Assembly: GCA_012840125.1 (NCBI GenBank)
Contig: DULZ01000092.1
Span: 38,284-102,283 of the forward strand
DNA: 64,000 bases
Direction of reading: 5' to 3'
Source of the DNA: Clostridia bacterium
GTDB taxonomy: Bacteria; Bacillota; DULZ01
Part shown: positions 37,445 through 48,323 of the stretch, one piece after another
Layout of the letters: the number at the start of each line of letters is the position of its first letter
Numbering within the stretch: the first letter of the stretch is position 1
Position numbers and translations under genes: made by a program
Notes under the pieces: generated by a model
Database searches by the model: none
The model's input: the letters and a program-made list of their open reading frames with translations, nothing else
Told to the model about the DNA's origin: nothing

Positions 37445-37804
37445 TTGCGACAGATGCTTGCGAAAATGACCAGGATCGCTTGGCTGTACAGTTTTTACGG
37501 TTCCCTGTTGACGGAAAGGCAGCGCAGCTTAGTGGAGTTATACTACCACCAGGATTATTCCCTGGCGGAAATAGCTGCTCTGGAAGGGGTAAGCCGGCAG
37601 GCGGTGCATGATTTATTGAAGCGAGCGGAAAGCGCTCTGGAGGAATACGAAGCATCCCTGCACCTTTTCAGCAAGCATCTGCAGCAGCAGGAACTAGTGG
37701 AGCAGATCCGGGCTCTGTTGTCCGCCGGTGATGTAGACCGGACTTTGGTTGAGGAAGTATCCCGCCTGTTAACGAAGCTCCTGGAAGTGTACCAGGAGGC
37801 GTAA
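37445..37804 (+). CDS. ylxM: YlxM/UPF0122 HTH protein (putative SRP-operon DNA-binding protein)
   Basis: A sigma-70 region-4-like HTH (YSLAEIAALEGVSRQAVHD), conserved immediately upstream of ffh. The likely start is ATG 37454. Confidence 0.8.
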   Translation: MRQMLAKMTRIAWLYSFYGSLLTERQRSLVELYYHQDYSLAEIAALEGVSRQAVHDLLKRAESALEEYEASLHLFSKHLQQQELVEQIRALLSAGDVDRTLVEEVSRLLTKLLEVYQEA

Positions 37805-37816
37805 AGGAGAGACAAA

Positions 37817-39169
37817 ATGGGTGCCTTTTCTAGTTTGGCGGAAAAACTGCAAAACACTTTTCAACGGCTGAGAGGAAAAGGTAAGCTGTCTGAAAAGGAT
37901 ATCCAAGAAGCCATGCGGGAGGTTCGCCTCGCCCTGTTGGAAGCAGACGTGAACTACAAGGTAGTAAAAGATTTCGTAGCCACCGTGAAGGAAAGAGCCC
38001 TGGGGCAAGAGGTGATGGCGAGTCTTACCCCGGCCCAGCAAGTGATTAAGATTGTGCATGAGGAGCTTACCGCTTTGATGGGAGGAAGCCAGAGCAAGAT
38101 CGTCCTGGCTCCCAAACCCCCGACGGTGGTAATGCTGGTGGGTTTGCAGGGTTCCGGGAAGACCACCAGTGCCGGTAAACTGGCCAATTATTTCAAAAGG
38201 CAGGGCCGGCGTCCCTTGCTGGTAGCTTGCGACGTGTACCGCCCTGCGGCTATTAAGCAGTTGGAAGTATTGGGTTCCCAGCATGAGATTCCGGTTTTTT
38301 CTTTAGGGGATAAGGTCAGTCCCGTGGAGATTGCCAGGCAGGCCGTAGACCATGCCCAGCCCCACGGCAATGACCTGGTTATCCTGGATACGGCGGGGCG
38401 GCTGCATATTAACGAGGAATTGATGCAGGAACTGCAAGATATCAAGGCAGCCGTGCAGCCCCACGAAGTGCTATTAGTGGTCGATGCCATGACAGGCCAG
38501 GATGCGGTGACGGTAGCCGAGAGCTTCCACCAGTCCGTGGGCATTGACGGCATTATCATAACCAAGTTGGACGGGGATACCCGGGGAGGGGCCGCCTTGT
38601 CCGTCAAAGCCGTTACCGGCAGGCCTATCAAATTTGCCGGCGTGGGAGAAAAGCTGGACGCTTTGGAACCTTTTCACCCTGACCGGATGGCCTCGCGGAT
38701 TCTGGGCATGGGCGATGTGTTGACCCTGATCGAAAAGGCCCAGGCCAGCATCGATCAGGAAAAGGTCAAGGAAATGGAGCGCAAACTGCGCCAGCAGGAA
38801 TTCACTTTGGAGGATTTCTTGGAACAACTGAACCAAGTTAAATCCATGGGACCTTTGGAAGATATTCTGGGCATGCTCCCGGGCATGGGGCAGATGAAAA
38901 AACTGAAAAACGTCCAAGTAGATGAGAAGGAATTAAAGCATGTGGAAGCCATTATCCAGTCCATGACCCCCGAGGAGAGACGGCATCCCGACATCATAAA
39001 CGGCAGCCGCAAGCGGCGCATCGCCATGGGCAGCGGTACCACGGTCCAAGATGTGAACCGGGTGCTGAAACAGTTTACGGAAGTCAGGAAAATGATGAAG
39101 CAGCTAGGGGAGTTTTCCGGCGCTGCCAAGAAAGGCAAGAAGGGGTTTAAGTTTCCCTTATTCAGATAA
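37817..39169 (+). CDS. ffh: signal recognition particle protein Ffh
   Basis: NG domain ([24 protein letters not shown]) plus a Met-rich M domain. Confidence 0.95.
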   Translation: MGAFSSLAEKLQNTFQRLRGKGKLSEKDIQEAMREVRLALLEADVNYKVVKDFVATVKERALGQEVMASLTPAQQVIKIVHEELTALMGGSQSKIVLAPKPPTVVMLVGLQGSGKTTSAGKLANYFKRQGRRPLLVACDVYRPAAIKQLEVLGSQHEIPVFSLGDKVSPVEIARQAVDHAQPHGNDLVILDTAGRLHINEELMQELQDIKAAVQPHEVLLVVDAMTGQDAVTVAESFHQSVGIDGIIITKLDGDTRGGAALSVKAVTGRPIKFAGVGEKLDALEPFHPDRMASRILGMGDVLTLIEKAQASIDQEKVKEMERKLRQQEFTLEDFLEQLNQVKSMGPLEDILGMLPGMGQMKKLKNVQVDEKELKHVEAIIQSMTPEERRHPDIINGSRKRRIAMGSGTTVQDVNRVLKQFTEVRKMMKQLGEFSGAAKKGKKGFKFPLFR

Positions 39170-39217
39170 GGGTCATTTCCATAGAACCATTACATCATGG
39201 GTAAGGAGGTGGAATGA

Positions 39218-39490
39218 TTGGCAACCAGGATTCGCTTGAGAAGAATGGGGAGTAAGAAAGCTCCTTTTTACCGGGTGGTAGTGGCGGATGCCCGTTCCCC
39301 CAGGGACGGCCGGTTCATCGAAGAAATCGGCTATTATAACCCTGTTAGCCAGCCTGAGGCTATTCAAATCGATACCGAAAAGGCAATTAAGTGGCTCAAC
39401 AACGGTGCTCAGCCTTCGGAAACCGTAAGAGCTTTGTTTAAGAAAGCCGGAGTTTGGCAAAAAATCGCTGAAGCTAAGGGAGCAGAGTAG
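39218..39490 (+). CDS. rpsP: 30S ribosomal protein S16
   Basis: N-terminus [22 protein letters not shown] start after AAGGAGGTGG. Confidence 0.9.
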   Translation: MATRIRLRRMGSKKAPFYRVVVADARSPRDGRFIEEIGYYNPVSQPEAIQIDTEKAIKWLNNGAQPSETVRALFKKAGVWQKIAEAKGAE

Positions 39491-39509
39491 CGGATGAGGA
39501 GGTCATATC

Positions 39510-39737
39510 ATGAAGGAACTCGTCGAATGCCTTGCCAAAGCTCTTGTGGATAATCCGGATGCGGTGAATGTGAACATGATTGAAGGCGAAAAATCAGTGA
39601 TTTTGGAGTTGAAGGTGGCTCCAGAAGACATGGGCAAAGTGATCGGCAAGCAAGGAAGAATTGCCAAGTCCATTCGCACCATTGTCAAAGCCGCCTCGAG
39701 CAAGGAAAGAAAGAAAGTTGTTGTAGAAATTATCTAA
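39510..39737 (+). CDS. KH-domain RNA-binding protein (YlqC/UPF0109)
   Basis: A 75-aa protein with a GxxG loop (VIGKQGRIAKSIR). Conserved between rpsP and rimM. Confidence 0.8.
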   Translation: MKELVECLAKALVDNPDAVNVNMIEGEKSVILELKVAPEDMGKVIGKQGRIAKSIRTIVKAASSKERKKVVVEII

Positions 39738-39751
39738 CGGGCTGATTAACG

Positions 39752-40279
39752 GTGAAAGACGGGGAACAAGGGCTTTTCATCGCTATAGGCAAAATTCTTA
39801 CGACCCACGGGCATAAAGGCGAACTGAAAGTTCAGCCTTTAACGGATTTTCCCGAGCGGTTTCAAACAGGGGAGGAAGTGTGGCTGGACCGGGATGGGCG
39901 GTTGAGTAAACATGAAATCGAGACCGTCAGGTACCACCGGCAATGGATTATTCTCAGGTTGTCCGGCGTTGAGGATATGTCAGCGGCGGAAGAACTGAGA
40001 GGAGTCCTCATTAAAGTGCCGGAAGACCGGGTCTACCCGCTGCCTGAAGGACATTATTATATCTTTCAACTGGTTGGATTGCCGGTTCTGACTGAGGAAG
40101 GAGATTTCCTGGGAATACTAAAAGAGATTTTGCCCACCGGCAGCAATGACGTCTACCGGGTTTGCCATCCGGAGACCGGCCGGGAGATCCTGCTGCCGGC
40201 GATTAAAGATTGTATCAAGAGCATTGATTTGGAGGGTCGCCGGATCCTGGTGAAGCTGCTTCCGGGATTGATTGATTAG
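39752..40279 (+). CDS. rimM: ribosome maturation factor RimM
   Basis: A 175-aa protein with an RimM N-terminal beta-barrel and a PRC barrel. GTG start. Confidence 0.85.
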   Translation: MKDGEQGLFIAIGKILTTHGHKGELKVQPLTDFPERFQTGEEVWLDRDGRLSKHEIETVRYHRQWIILRLSGVEDMSAAEELRGVLIKVPEDRVYPLPEGHYYIFQLVGLPVLTEEGDFLGILKEILPTGSNDVYRVCHPETGREILLPAIKDCIKSIDLEGRRILVKLLPGLID

Positions 40280-40289
40280 GGGAATCGCC

Positions 40290-41030
40290 ATGCGCATTGA
40301 TGTCTTGACCATTTTTCCGGAAATGTTTCACAGTCCTTTAAACACCAGTATCTTGAAGAGAGCGATTGAGAAAGGGATTTTGGAAGTGGGGCTGGTAAAT
40401 TTCCGTGATTATGCCACTGATAAACATCGCCGGGTGGATGACTATCCTTTCGGCGGAGGTTCCGGTATGGTGATGAAGCCGGAGCCGATTTTTCGCGCCT
40501 GGTCAGAGGTGAAAAAAGGGGTCAAGGCCGGCGTCAATTCCCGTACCATCCTCCTGTCTCCTCAGGGCAAGCTGTTTAATCAAGAACTGGCTTGGGAATT
40601 ATCTAAAGAAGAACATTTGATCTTAGTATGCGGTCATTATGAAGGTATCGATGAAAGGGTGCGCATCCTGCTTGCTCCCGAAGAGATCTCCATCGGCGAT
40701 TATATCTTGACTGGTGGGGAGTTGGGTGCCCTGGTGATCATCGATGCCGTGTGCCGTTTGCTGCCCGGGGTGCTCGGTGATGAACAATCAGCCAGGGAAG
40801 AGACCTTTGCAGGCGGGTTGCTGGAATACCCACAGTATACCAGACCCCGTGAATTCTTGGGGTTGGAAGTGCCGGAGGTGCTCTTGTCAGGTCATCACGC
40901 TCAAATCAACCAGTGGCGGCGGATGCAATCATTAATCCGCACGAAGCAGAGGCGTCCGGACTTATTGGAAAAAGCTTCTTTATCCCAAGAGGAGCGAGAG
41001 TTTCTAGCCAGTTTAGATATGGATGGATAA
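40290..41030 (+). CDS. trmD: tRNA (guanine37-N1)-methyltransferase TrmD
   Basis: SPOUT-fold motifs ([39 protein letters not shown]). Confidence 0.9.
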   Translation: MRIDVLTIFPEMFHSPLNTSILKRAIEKGILEVGLVNFRDYATDKHRRVDDYPFGGGSGMVMKPEPIFRAWSEVKKGVKAGVNSRTILLSPQGKLFNQELAWELSKEEHLILVCGHYEGIDERVRILLAPEEISIGDYILTGGELGALVIIDAVCRLLPGVLGDEQSAREETFAGGLLEYPQYTRPREFLGLEVPEVLLSGHHAQINQWRRMQSLIRTKQRRPDLLEKASLSQEEREFLASLDMDG

Positions 41031-41064
41031 ACAGTCTTATTTTTCAACGAAAGGAGGTACCGGC

Positions 41065-41406
41065 ATGGATATCGTCCAGACTATTGGTCAGGAGCAAATG
41101 AGAAAGGATATTCCCGATTTCAAACCGGGTGATACGGTTAGTGTGCATGTCAAAGTCGTGGAAGGTAACAGGGAACGGATACAGGTGTTTGAAGGCACGG
41201 TGATCCGTAGGAGAGGCAGCGGTATTCAGGAGACTTTTACCGTTCGCAGGATGTCCTATGGGGTAGGTGTGGAAAGGACTTTCCCTGTTCATTCGCCTCG
41301 CATTGAAAAGATCGTAGTGAAGAGAAGAGGAAAAGTCAGACGTGCCAAACTCTATTACCTGCGCGAACGCGTTGGAAAATCCGCCAGAATTAAAGAGCAT
41401 GCATAG
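41065..41406 (+). CDS. rplS: 50S ribosomal protein L19
   Basis: A 113-aa protein with the classic L19 sequence ([23 protein letters not shown]). AAAGGAGG RBS before ATG 41065. Confidence 0.9.
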   Translation: MDIVQTIGQEQMRKDIPDFKPGDTVSVHVKVVEGNRERIQVFEGTVIRRRGSGIQETFTVRRMSYGVGVERTFPVHSPRIEKIVVKRRGKVRRAKLYYLRERVGKSARIKEHA

Positions 41407-41417
41407 CATAAAATTTA

Positions 41418-41446
41418 AGAGGGACTGCTTGTCAGTCCTCTTTTAG
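41418..41446 (+). terminator. intrinsic terminator after rplS
   Basis: AGAGGGACTG-CTTGT-CAGTCCTCT followed by TTTAGT. Confidence 0.7.
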
Positions 41447-41476
41447 TAACCAGAAAGCGACGAGGCGGAGGTTTTT

Positions 41477-41995
41477 ATGACCAAACAGAAATCCGTATTT
41501 TGGGACTGGATCGAAACCATAGCCATCGCAGTGATCCTGGCCCTGGTCATCCGGACTTTTCTTTTCCAGCCTTTTTATATCCCTTCCGGTTCCATGGAGC
41601 CGACGTTACAGGTAGGAGATAAAATTATCGTCAATAAACTGACCAGCCGGTTCAAAGATCCGGAAAGAGGACAGATTGTGGTGTTTAAGTTCCCCTATGA
41701 TCCGTCCCAAGACTTTGTCAAACGCATCATAGGATTGCCCGGTGAAACAGTGGAGATCCGGGACAGCCGGGTGTTCATTAACGGGCAGGCCCTGGCGGAA
41801 GACTATCTCCCTGAGGGACTGGTTTACCCGGATTTCCCGCCGGTTACCGTTCCTGCCAATAGCTATTTTGTGCTGGGGGATAACAGGAATAACAGCCAGG
41901 ACAGCCGTGTCTGGGGGCCCTTACCCAGGGATTTACTGATCGGGAATGTCCTGGCGATTTACTGGCCTTTGGAACGCATTGGTACCGTTAAGTAG
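41477..41995 (+). CDS. lepB: signal peptidase I
   Basis: TM anchor, SGSMEPTL (Ser nucleophile), KRIIGLPGE and GDNRNNSQDSR boxes. Confidence 0.85.
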   Translation: MTKQKSVFWDWIETIAIAVILALVIRTFLFQPFYIPSGSMEPTLQVGDKIIVNKLTSRFKDPERGQIVVFKFPYDPSQDFVKRIIGLPGETVEIRDSRVFINGQALAEDYLPEGLVYPDFPPVTVPANSYFVLGDNRNNSQDSRVWGPLPRDLLIGNVLAIYWPLERIGTVK

Positions 41996-42003
41996 GTGAA
42001 AAG

Positions 42004-42852
42004 ATGGATATTCAATGGTATCCGGGTCACATGGCCAAAGCCAAAAGGCTGTTGTCGGAGCAGATTAAACTGGTGGATGTAGTGCTGGAAGTGCGCGATG
42101 CTCGCATACCCATCAGTTCCGGCAATCCCGATTTGAGACAGCTGCTGGGAAACAAGAAAGCCATGATTGTCTTGAATAAGGCTGATTTGGCCGAGGAGGA
42201 TGCCACCCGAGCATGGCTTTCCTTTTTCACCGCCCGGGGGGAAAAGGCGGTGGCCCTGGCGGCCCGGCCGGAAGAAGTGAGAGTACTGCCCGTTATGATC
42301 AGGGAACTGGCCGAGGAACTGCTCTTGAAGTGGAAAGAAAAAGGCCTGCGTTCCCGGCCCGTCCGGGTGATGGTTGTAGGTGTTCCCAACGTGGGCAAGT
42401 CTTCATTGATTAACAGCATTATCAGGCGCAGCAGTACCAGGACCGGTGACCGGCCGGGAGTTACCCGGGGCACCCAGTGGGTGCGGATCCGGCGGGATTT
42501 GGAGCTGTTGGATACCCCCGGCCTTTTGTGGCCGAAATTCGATTCCCCTGAAACAGGCCTGTTGCTGGCCATCACCGGTGCCGTCAAGGAAGAGGTCTTT
42601 GAGGCGGTGCAGGTGGCGCAGGGCTTCATCAGCTTGGTGCGGCAGAGGCGTCCCGGCTTGTTAGCCGGAGTCTACGGCCTGGCGGAAGACGCCGGGCACA
42701 CGGATTGGGATATTTTATATGCTTTGGGTAACCGCTGGGGTTTATTGAAGTCAGGGGGTGCCGTGGACGAGGAGAAAACGGCCCGGCGCCTTCTACAGGA
42801 GTTTCGCAAGGGAAAGCTCGGCAGGATGACTTTGGAAATGCCGGAACAGTAA
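42004..42852 (+). CDS. rbgA: ribosome biogenesis GTPase A (YlqF/RbgA)
   Basis: Circularly permuted GTPase (NKADL, GVPNVGKSSLIN, DTPG). Confidence 0.85.
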   Translation: MDIQWYPGHMAKAKRLLSEQIKLVDVVLEVRDARIPISSGNPDLRQLLGNKKAMIVLNKADLAEEDATRAWLSFFTARGEKAVALAARPEEVRVLPVMIRELAEELLLKWKEKGLRSRPVRVMVVGVPNVGKSSLINSIIRRSSTRTGDRPGVTRGTQWVRIRRDLELLDTPGLLWPKFDSPETGLLLAITGAVKEEVFEAVQVAQGFISLVRQRRPGLLAGVYGLAEDAGHTDWDILYALGNRWGLLKSGGAVDEEKTARRLLQEFRKGKLGRMTLEMPEQ

Positions 42853-42895
42853 AAAGGGGATAGCGGTAAGGCCACCTATCTATCCCCTTTAGTTT
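42852..42895. terminator. bidirectional intrinsic terminator between rbgA and the convergent secreted-protein gene
   Basis: AGGGGATAG-N16-CTATCCCCT flanked by an A-tract and a T-tract. Confidence 0.7.
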
Positions 42896-42910
42896 CCATA
42901 GTTTATTAAT

Positions 42911-43525
42911 TTATTGATAAATGGAAATGGCTTGGCCGGTGTAGTGAACCGTGAACCCTAAGGCCTCGGCCACAAACCGCACAGGTACCATGTTGCTGCC
43001 GTCGATGGATTGTGCTTTGACGGGAGCCTTCGCATCACTGCCGTTCACTTTGGCTTCCTGCTTATCCAAGTAGACGGTTACTGATTTCTCTCCGGCGGTA
43101 AATGTAATAGCTTTGGCTTCACCATCCCAAGCTACTTCGGCGCCGAGGATGTTGCCCAGTTCACGGGCGCTGAGCAGGCTGTGATTATTGATTATGACCA
43201 CTTCAATATTACTGTTGTTGACAGCCAGGCTAACCTTTTTATAGGCGGGAGCTTTGGCTGCAGGTGCGGCTGCTTTAGGAGCGGATGACGTTTGCTGTTG
43301 AGGAGCTGCTTGTTGTTTCGGAGCTTCCTGTTTGGGAGCTTCTTGTTTAGGGGCTTCCTTCTTGGGAGCCGGAGCAGGCCCACCTTCATAATGGCAGCTG
43401 GCGCATTCCGGTTTGCTGTAGTCAGACCCCATGCTGGGCATAGCTGTGACCGTTTGGGCAGCAGCCAAAACAAATAGTAATCCGATCAGTACAGTCAGAG
43501 CAACAATACGAAGTTGGCGATTCAT
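42911..43525 (-). CDS. secreted protein: signal peptide, single CxxCH motif, Pro/Gln/Lys-rich EAPKQ repeat linker, C-terminal copper-amine-oxidase-N-terminal-like domain
   Basis: Signal peptide MNRQLRIVALTVLIGLLFVLAAAQTVTA, then PECASCH, then (EAPKQ)x3 and an Ala/Pro linker. The C-terminal ~110 aa resemble the Cu_amine_oxidN1 stalk domain common in Clostridia. AAGGAGG RBS 8 nt before ATG 43525. Confidence 0.65.
   Translation of the reverse strand: MNRQLRIVALTVLIGLLFVLAAAQTVTAMPSMGSDYSKPECASCHYEGGPAPAPKKEAPKQEAPKQEAPKQQAAPQQQTSSAPKAAAPAAKAPAYKKVSLAVNNSNIEVVIINNHSLLSARELGNILGAEVAWDGEAKAITFTAGEKSVTVYLDKQEAKVNGSDAKAPVKAQSIDGSNMVPVRFVAEALGFTVHYTGQAISIYQ
43319..43366 (-). repeat. three tandem ~15-nt coding repeats (GGAGCTTCCTGTTTG-like) encoding the EAPKQ repeats
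   Basis: Read directly on the + strand at 43319-43366. Confidence 0.5.
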
Positions 43526-43770
43526 GTGCATAACCTCCTTAATATTGTTCTTTTCCTGGTTTGTCGTCGGTTCCCGGTGCCGTTGTCACCCCCCGTTTTC
43601 AGGATTTGCGGCGGTATGCTCTTGCCGGAGTATTCTTTCCTTAATATTAAACGTCAAGGATAAATTTCCTGCTGGAGATTCAGAAATAAACACATATCAG
43701 GCAATGTTTTTGAAATTTCTCAAAAATAGTTTTGCTAGAAAATGCTTATCAAAAAACAAGGAGGGACGAG

Positions 43771-44541
43771 ATGGGTTTTCCGGGCTCAATCAAGGAACTC
43801 CGGCGCCTGCTGGATCAGAACGGTATGCCCGGCATGGAGGATCCCTTGTGGGAAATGCTGGCTGATGACCACCGGATCGCCGTGCAAGAACTCTATCAAA
43901 AGCTGCTGAAAGAGCGCCAACGACTGGAAGAACTGTTGACTTGGGAAAAGAAATGGGGCAGCCCGGCGACCCTGGTCGCTGGGGTTGATGAAGCCGGCCG
44001 GGGGCCTTTGGCGGGGCCGGTGACTGCTGCCGCCGTCATCCTGGATGTTTCCGTGCCCATTCCGGGATTAAATGATTCCAAGCAGTTGTCTCCTGTGAAA
44101 AGAAGGGAGCTGGCCGGGCGGATTAAGGAAAAAGCGAAGGCCTGGGCGGTGGGATGGGCTTCCGTAGAAGAGATCGACCGGTTGAATATTAGACGAGCCA
44201 GCTTGTTGGCCATGAAACGTGCGGTGGCCGCCCTGCCGGTACAACCTAGTATCTTGTTGATCGATGGAAATGCCGAGATTCCTGATTTGGACTACAGGCA
44301 GCAAACGGTGGTGGGAGGCGACCGGGCATCTGCTTCCATAGCTGCCGCATCAATCCTGGCAAAAGTGACCCGGGATGCTTATATGGAGGACCTGCATTGG
44401 CGGTATCCTTGCTATGGCTTTGACAAGCATAAAGGATACCCAACCAGGGAGCATTACGCCGCCATAGAAAAGTACGGCTTGAGCCCGGTCCACCGGAAGT
44501 CATTTCGCCGGGAGAAACGCCTGGAGCAGCAGATATTTTAG
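43771..44541 (+). CDS. rnhB: ribonuclease HII (with a Firmicute-type N-terminal extension)
   Basis: VAGVDEAGRGPLAGPV catalytic N-motif and a DSK box. AAGGAGGG RBS before ATG 43771. Confidence 0.85.
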   Translation: MGFPGSIKELRRLLDQNGMPGMEDPLWEMLADDHRIAVQELYQKLLKERQRLEELLTWEKKWGSPATLVAGVDEAGRGPLAGPVTAAAVILDVSVPIPGLNDSKQLSPVKRRELAGRIKEKAKAWAVGWASVEEIDRLNIRRASLLAMKRAVAALPVQPSILLIDGNAEIPDLDYRQQTVVGGDRASASIAAASILAKVTRDAYMEDLHWRYPCYGFDKHKGYPTREHYAAIEKYGLSPVHRKSFRREKRLEQQIF

Positions 44542-44784
44542 CTTATTAACAGGTTAACACTCTGCCGGTTTTAATTTGATCTTACAAAAGGTTGACAAGT
44601 TTCTTGCAAAAAAGTTTAGGGAGCCAGGAAGGTAAAAGAAAAGCAATGTAGAATAGCTATTATGGTTGTCGGGACCATTCACGTAAAAATATCGACTGGT
44701 CACCCCGTAAATTATTCCTAACATCCGCTAATTGTTTGGGCAATACAAAATTTAAAAAATTGCAAAAGAAAGGGGGGAAGAGGG

Positions 44785-45138
44785 ATGGAACAATACCTGT
44801 CCATAGGTATTTTTTTCCTGGTAGCTTTGGCTTTTGGTATTGTAGTGCTGTTGGTGGCGGGCTTGGTGCGTCCTAAGAAGCCTTCGCCGGAAAAACTGTC
44901 GACCTACGAATGCGGCTTGGAAACGCAAGGACCGACGTGGGTACAGTTTAAGATCAGTTATTTTATGTATGCTTTGGTGTTCTTGATTTTTGACGTTGAG
45001 ACCATTTTCCTGTATCCGTGGGCTGTTGCTTTTCAAAAACTGGGACTTTTTGCGTTTGTTGAAATGCTGATCTTTATCGGTATTCTGGTTGTTGGCCTAT
45101 GGTACGCTTGGAAGGAAGGAGCATTGGAATGGCTGTAA
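44785..45138 (+). CDS. nuoA: NADH-quinone oxidoreductase subunit A
   Basis: A 117-aa, 3-TM protein (YECG-E, FDVE-IFLYPWA). Confidence 0.85.
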   Translation: MEQYLSIGIFFLVALAFGIVVLLVAGLVRPKKPSPEKLSTYECGLETQGPTWVQFKISYFMYALVFLIFDVETIFLYPWAVAFQKLGLFAFVEMLIFIGILVVGLWYAWKEGALEWL

Positions 45139-45650
45139 ATAACAATAATCAAAAACCGTTGAGCCCTGAGGAAGAGATGGTGCGTAAGAATATTATTTTG
45201 GCTTCTATTGATCAAGTCCTGGATTACGCGAGAGCTCATTCTTTTTGGCCGGTGACCTTCGGTCTCGCTTGCTGCGCCATTGAGATGATGGCCGCTGGCG
45301 GAGCCAGGTATGACGTGGCCAGATTTGGTTATGAAGTGTTCCGTCCTTCACCCAGGCAGGCAGACTTGATGATTGTGGCCGGTACAATTACTGATAAAAT
45401 GGCTCCTATTGTGAAAAGAGTGTACGATCAGATGCCCGATCCCAAGTATGTAATCGCCATGGGAAGCTGCGCCATCAGCGGGGGCCCTTTTGCGGATTCC
45501 TACCATGTAGTGCCGGGCGCTGACCAGTTCCTGCCTGTGGATGTCTATATTCCTGGCTGTCCTCCCCGTCCGGAGGCGCTAATTCATGGTTTGCTGACTT
45601 TGAGGGACAAAGTCAAGAACCCGAAAGTGGTGATGAGGAAGCATGGATAG
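45129..45650 (+). CDS. nuoB: NADH-quinone oxidoreductase subunit B (N2 Fe-S subunit)
   Basis: CCxxE ([10 protein letters not shown]), GSCA and C-P-G-C-P-P cluster ligands. Confidence 0.9.
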   Translation: MAVNNNNQKPLSPEEEMVRKNIILASIDQVLDYARAHSFWPVTFGLACCAIEMMAAGGARYDVARFGYEVFRPSPRQADLMIVAGTITDKMAPIVKRVYDQMPDPKYVIAMGSCAISGGPFADSYHVVPGADQFLPVDVYIPGCPPRPEALIHGLLTLRDKVKNPKVVMRKHG

Positions 45651-46125
45651 AATGATGGCTGTCGATGAAGTCGTGGCCAAGCTGGCCGGCAAGTATCCTG
45701 AACAAGTGGAAGTGTTGGAGGGGTCCCTTCAGCCTGCCGTTCGGGTTAAACCGGAAGTATTGCTGCAAGTAATGCGGGACCTAAAGAACGAGCATAAACT
45801 GGATTTCCTGGCAGACTTAACGGCTGTCGATGCCGGCGACGAAGGTTTTAAAGGCGTATATCATGTGATGTCCTGGCAGCCTTACGGCATGTTAAGAGTG
45901 GAGGTGCAGGTGGCGAAAAATAACCCGCGATTGCCCTCCCTGGTGGACATCTGGCCCGCGGCCAATGTGCAGGAACGGGAGGCCTATGACATGTTCGGGA
46001 TTGTCTACGAGGGCCATCCGAAACTGACCAGGATCCTGTTATCCGATGACTTTGCAGGTCACCCCTTGCGCAAAGATTTTGAGGTGGCATCGCGAAGACA
46101 GTCGGCCGTACCGAAGGAGGTGTGA
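45643..46125 (+). CDS. nuoC: NADH-quinone oxidoreductase subunit C
   Basis: A 160-aa 30-kDa subunit signature (ERE-YDMFGI-EGHP ... LL). Confidence 0.85.
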   Translation: MDRMMAVDEVVAKLAGKYPEQVEVLEGSLQPAVRVKPEVLLQVMRDLKNEHKLDFLADLTAVDAGDEGFKGVYHVMSWQPYGMLRVEVQVAKNNPRLPSLVDIWPAANVQEREAYDMFGIVYEGHPKLTRILLSDDFAGHPLRKDFEVASRRQSAVPKEV

Positions 46126-47246
46126 AAATGTCCGTAGCAGACAACAAATTCTTGCGTACGGAAGAACTGACACTGAATATGGGACCCCAGCACCCCAGTA
46201 CTCACGGTGTTTACCGGGCGGTCTTAACCTTGGACGGGGAATATATCACCGGTATGGAGAACGTGATCGGCTACCTGCACCGCGGCATGGAAAAGCTGGC
46301 TGAGGCACGCACTTATACCCAGTTTATCCCCTATCCCGACCGCATGGATTACGCATCAGCTTTGCTCAACGAGCTGGGCTATGTGCAGGCGGTGGAAAAG
46401 CTCATGGGTATCGAGGTTCCGGAACGAGCCGAGTATATCAGGGTGATCCTGTGTGAATTGCAAAGAATTGCCAGCCACATGTTGATGCTGGGGAGTTATG
46501 CCTTGGATTTGGGTGGATATACTCCCTGGATGTACTTTTTCAGGGACCGGGAAAAGATTCTGGATTTATTTGAGATGGTTACCGGTGCCAGGATGACACC
46601 CGGTTACATGAGGATTGGGGGAGTGGCGGATGACTTGCCGCCGGAGTTCATGCCCCAACTGAAACAATTCATGGCCAGTATGCCTGCTTCTTTTGAAGAG
46701 TATGACAACATTATCGTCGGTAATGAAATATTTATCACCAGAACCAAAGGTGTTGGAGTGCTGACGGCGGAGAAAGCGTTAGCCTATGGAGTTACCGGTC
46801 CTAACTTGAGGGCTGCCGGTGTAGCTTACGATCTGCGCAAAGTAGCTCCTTATGGTATTTACGATAGATTTGACTTTGAAGTGCCTGTTTATCAGAATGG
46901 GGATTGTTTTGACAGGTTCGTCATCCGCATTGACGAAATGAAGCAGTCCCTGAGGATCATTGAGCAGGCGATAGCGGATATACCGGAAGGGCCTGTGAAA
47001 GCAAAAGTGCCTAGGGTCATTAAACCTCCCGCCGGGGAAGTCTATCACCAGATTGAGGGTTCCAAAGGTTGCGTGGGTTATTACGTGGTGAGTGACGGTT
47101 CAAATAAACCTTACCGGGTTCACATTCATGGACCATCCTTTGTTAATCTGGGAGCCTTGCCGGAGATGTGCATAGGTTTGAAGATTCAGGATGTGATAGC
47201 CACGATTGCTTCCATTGACTTCATCCTGGGTGAAGTCGATCGTTAA
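46122..47246 (+). CDS. nuoD: NADH-quinone oxidoreductase subunit D
   Basis: A 374-aa 49-kDa subunit ([12 protein letters not shown] ... RIASH ... HGPSF). Confidence 0.9.
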   Translation: MKMSVADNKFLRTEELTLNMGPQHPSTHGVYRAVLTLDGEYITGMENVIGYLHRGMEKLAEARTYTQFIPYPDRMDYASALLNELGYVQAVEKLMGIEVPERAEYIRVILCELQRIASHMLMLGSYALDLGGYTPWMYFFRDREKILDLFEMVTGARMTPGYMRIGGVADDLPPEFMPQLKQFMASMPASFEEYDNIIVGNEIFITRTKGVGVLTAEKALAYGVTGPNLRAAGVAYDLRKVAPYGIYDRFDFEVPVYQNGDCFDRFVIRIDEMKQSLRIIEQAIADIPEGPVKAKVPRVIKPPAGEVYHQIEGSKGCVGYYVVSDGSNKPYRVHIHGPSFVNLGALPEMCIGLKIQDVIATIASIDFILGEVDR

Positions 47247-47272
47247 GAAAAAATAGCTTAGGGGAGAGGACT

Positions 47273-48319
47273 ATGGAAAACCTTTTCGTCAATATCGCCG
47301 GTGCAATACGCGGCTGGCTAACCGGTCTGGGACTGTCCTCCATGATGATTGAGGCCGTAATGGCGGTGGTTTATTTATTAGGTATTCTCGCCTTTGTGTT
47401 ACTAAATGTTATCTACCTGGTATACCTGGAGCGGAAGCTGTCAGCCTACATGCAGCAGCGGTTAGGTCCTAACCGGGTCGGCCCGCGCGGCTTATTTCAA
47501 ACGGTTTTGGATGTGCTGAAGCTTTTGGGTAAGGAGGACATCATCCCGAACGCTGCTGACCGGTGGGTCTTTCGTATTGCCGCCATTGTTGTCATGGTAC
47601 CTGCCATCATGGTCTTCGCCGTGGTGCCCTTTGGGAAGAACATGATCGCGGTAGACCTGAACATTGGTATCTTCTACTTCGTAGCGGTCGCCTCGACGGC
47701 AACCATGGCCTTCTTGATGGCTGGATGGGGTTCCAACAACAAGTGGTCCTTGTTGGGCGGCATGCGCTCCGTGGCGCAAATGGTGAGCTATGAGATTCCG
47801 ATGGTGTTGTCCCTTCTGGGAGTAATCATGCTGGCAGGGTCTCTGCGGGTTTCCGATATTATGGCTGCCCAAAAGACCGTTTGGTTCGTAGTGCTGCAGC
47901 CGGTGGCCTTCTTGATCTATCTGATTGCTTCGACGGCCGAGCTGAACCGCCAACCCTTTGACTTGCCAGAAGGGGAACAGGAACTGACCGCAGGGCCTTA
48001 TACTGAGTACAGCGGTATGCGGTATGCATTATTCTTCCTGGCTGAGTATACCAATATGATTGCCGTTTCGGCCATTGCTGCCACCCTCTTCTTGGGCGGT
48101 CCGCAAGGTCCTTGGCTGCCGTCCTGGCTGTGGTTTATGATCAAGGTTTACGCCATGATCGCCGTGTACATGTGGTTCCGCTGGACCCTGCCCAGGATCC
48201 GGATCGACCATTTGATGGCTTTCAACTGGAAATTCTTAGTGCCTTTGTCCTTAGCCAACGTGCTGGTTACCGGCATCGGCTTGGAAATCTATAAGTGGTA
48301 TCAAACATTAGGGTGGTGA
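47273..48319 (+). CDS. nuoH: NADH-quinone oxidoreductase subunit H
   Basis: A 348-aa polytopic protein (QQR-GPN-VGP-GL-Q, AE-NR-PFDL-EGE-EL). Confidence 0.9.
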   Translation: MENLFVNIAGAIRGWLTGLGLSSMMIEAVMAVVYLLGILAFVLLNVIYLVYLERKLSAYMQQRLGPNRVGPRGLFQTVLDVLKLLGKEDIIPNAADRWVFRIAAIVVMVPAIMVFAVVPFGKNMIAVDLNIGIFYFVAVASTATMAFLMAGWGSNNKWSLLGGMRSVAQMVSYEIPMVLSLLGVIMLAGSLRVSDIMAAQKTVWFVVLQPVAFLIYLIASTAELNRQPFDLPEGEQELTAGPYTEYSGMRYALFFLAEYTNMIAVSAIAATLFLGGPQGPWLPSWLWFMIKVYAMIAVYMWFRWTLPRIRIDHLMAFNWKFLVPLSLANVLVTGIGLEIYKWYQTLGW

Positions 48320-48323
48320 TAAC

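Noticed and set aside
43285-43372. Short tandem direct repeats (three ~15-nt units) that might suggest a CRISPR-like or satellite array.
   Set aside because: The repeats are in-frame coding repeats (EAPKQ) inside a secreted-protein gene, with no spacer structure and only three units. This is not a CRISPR array.
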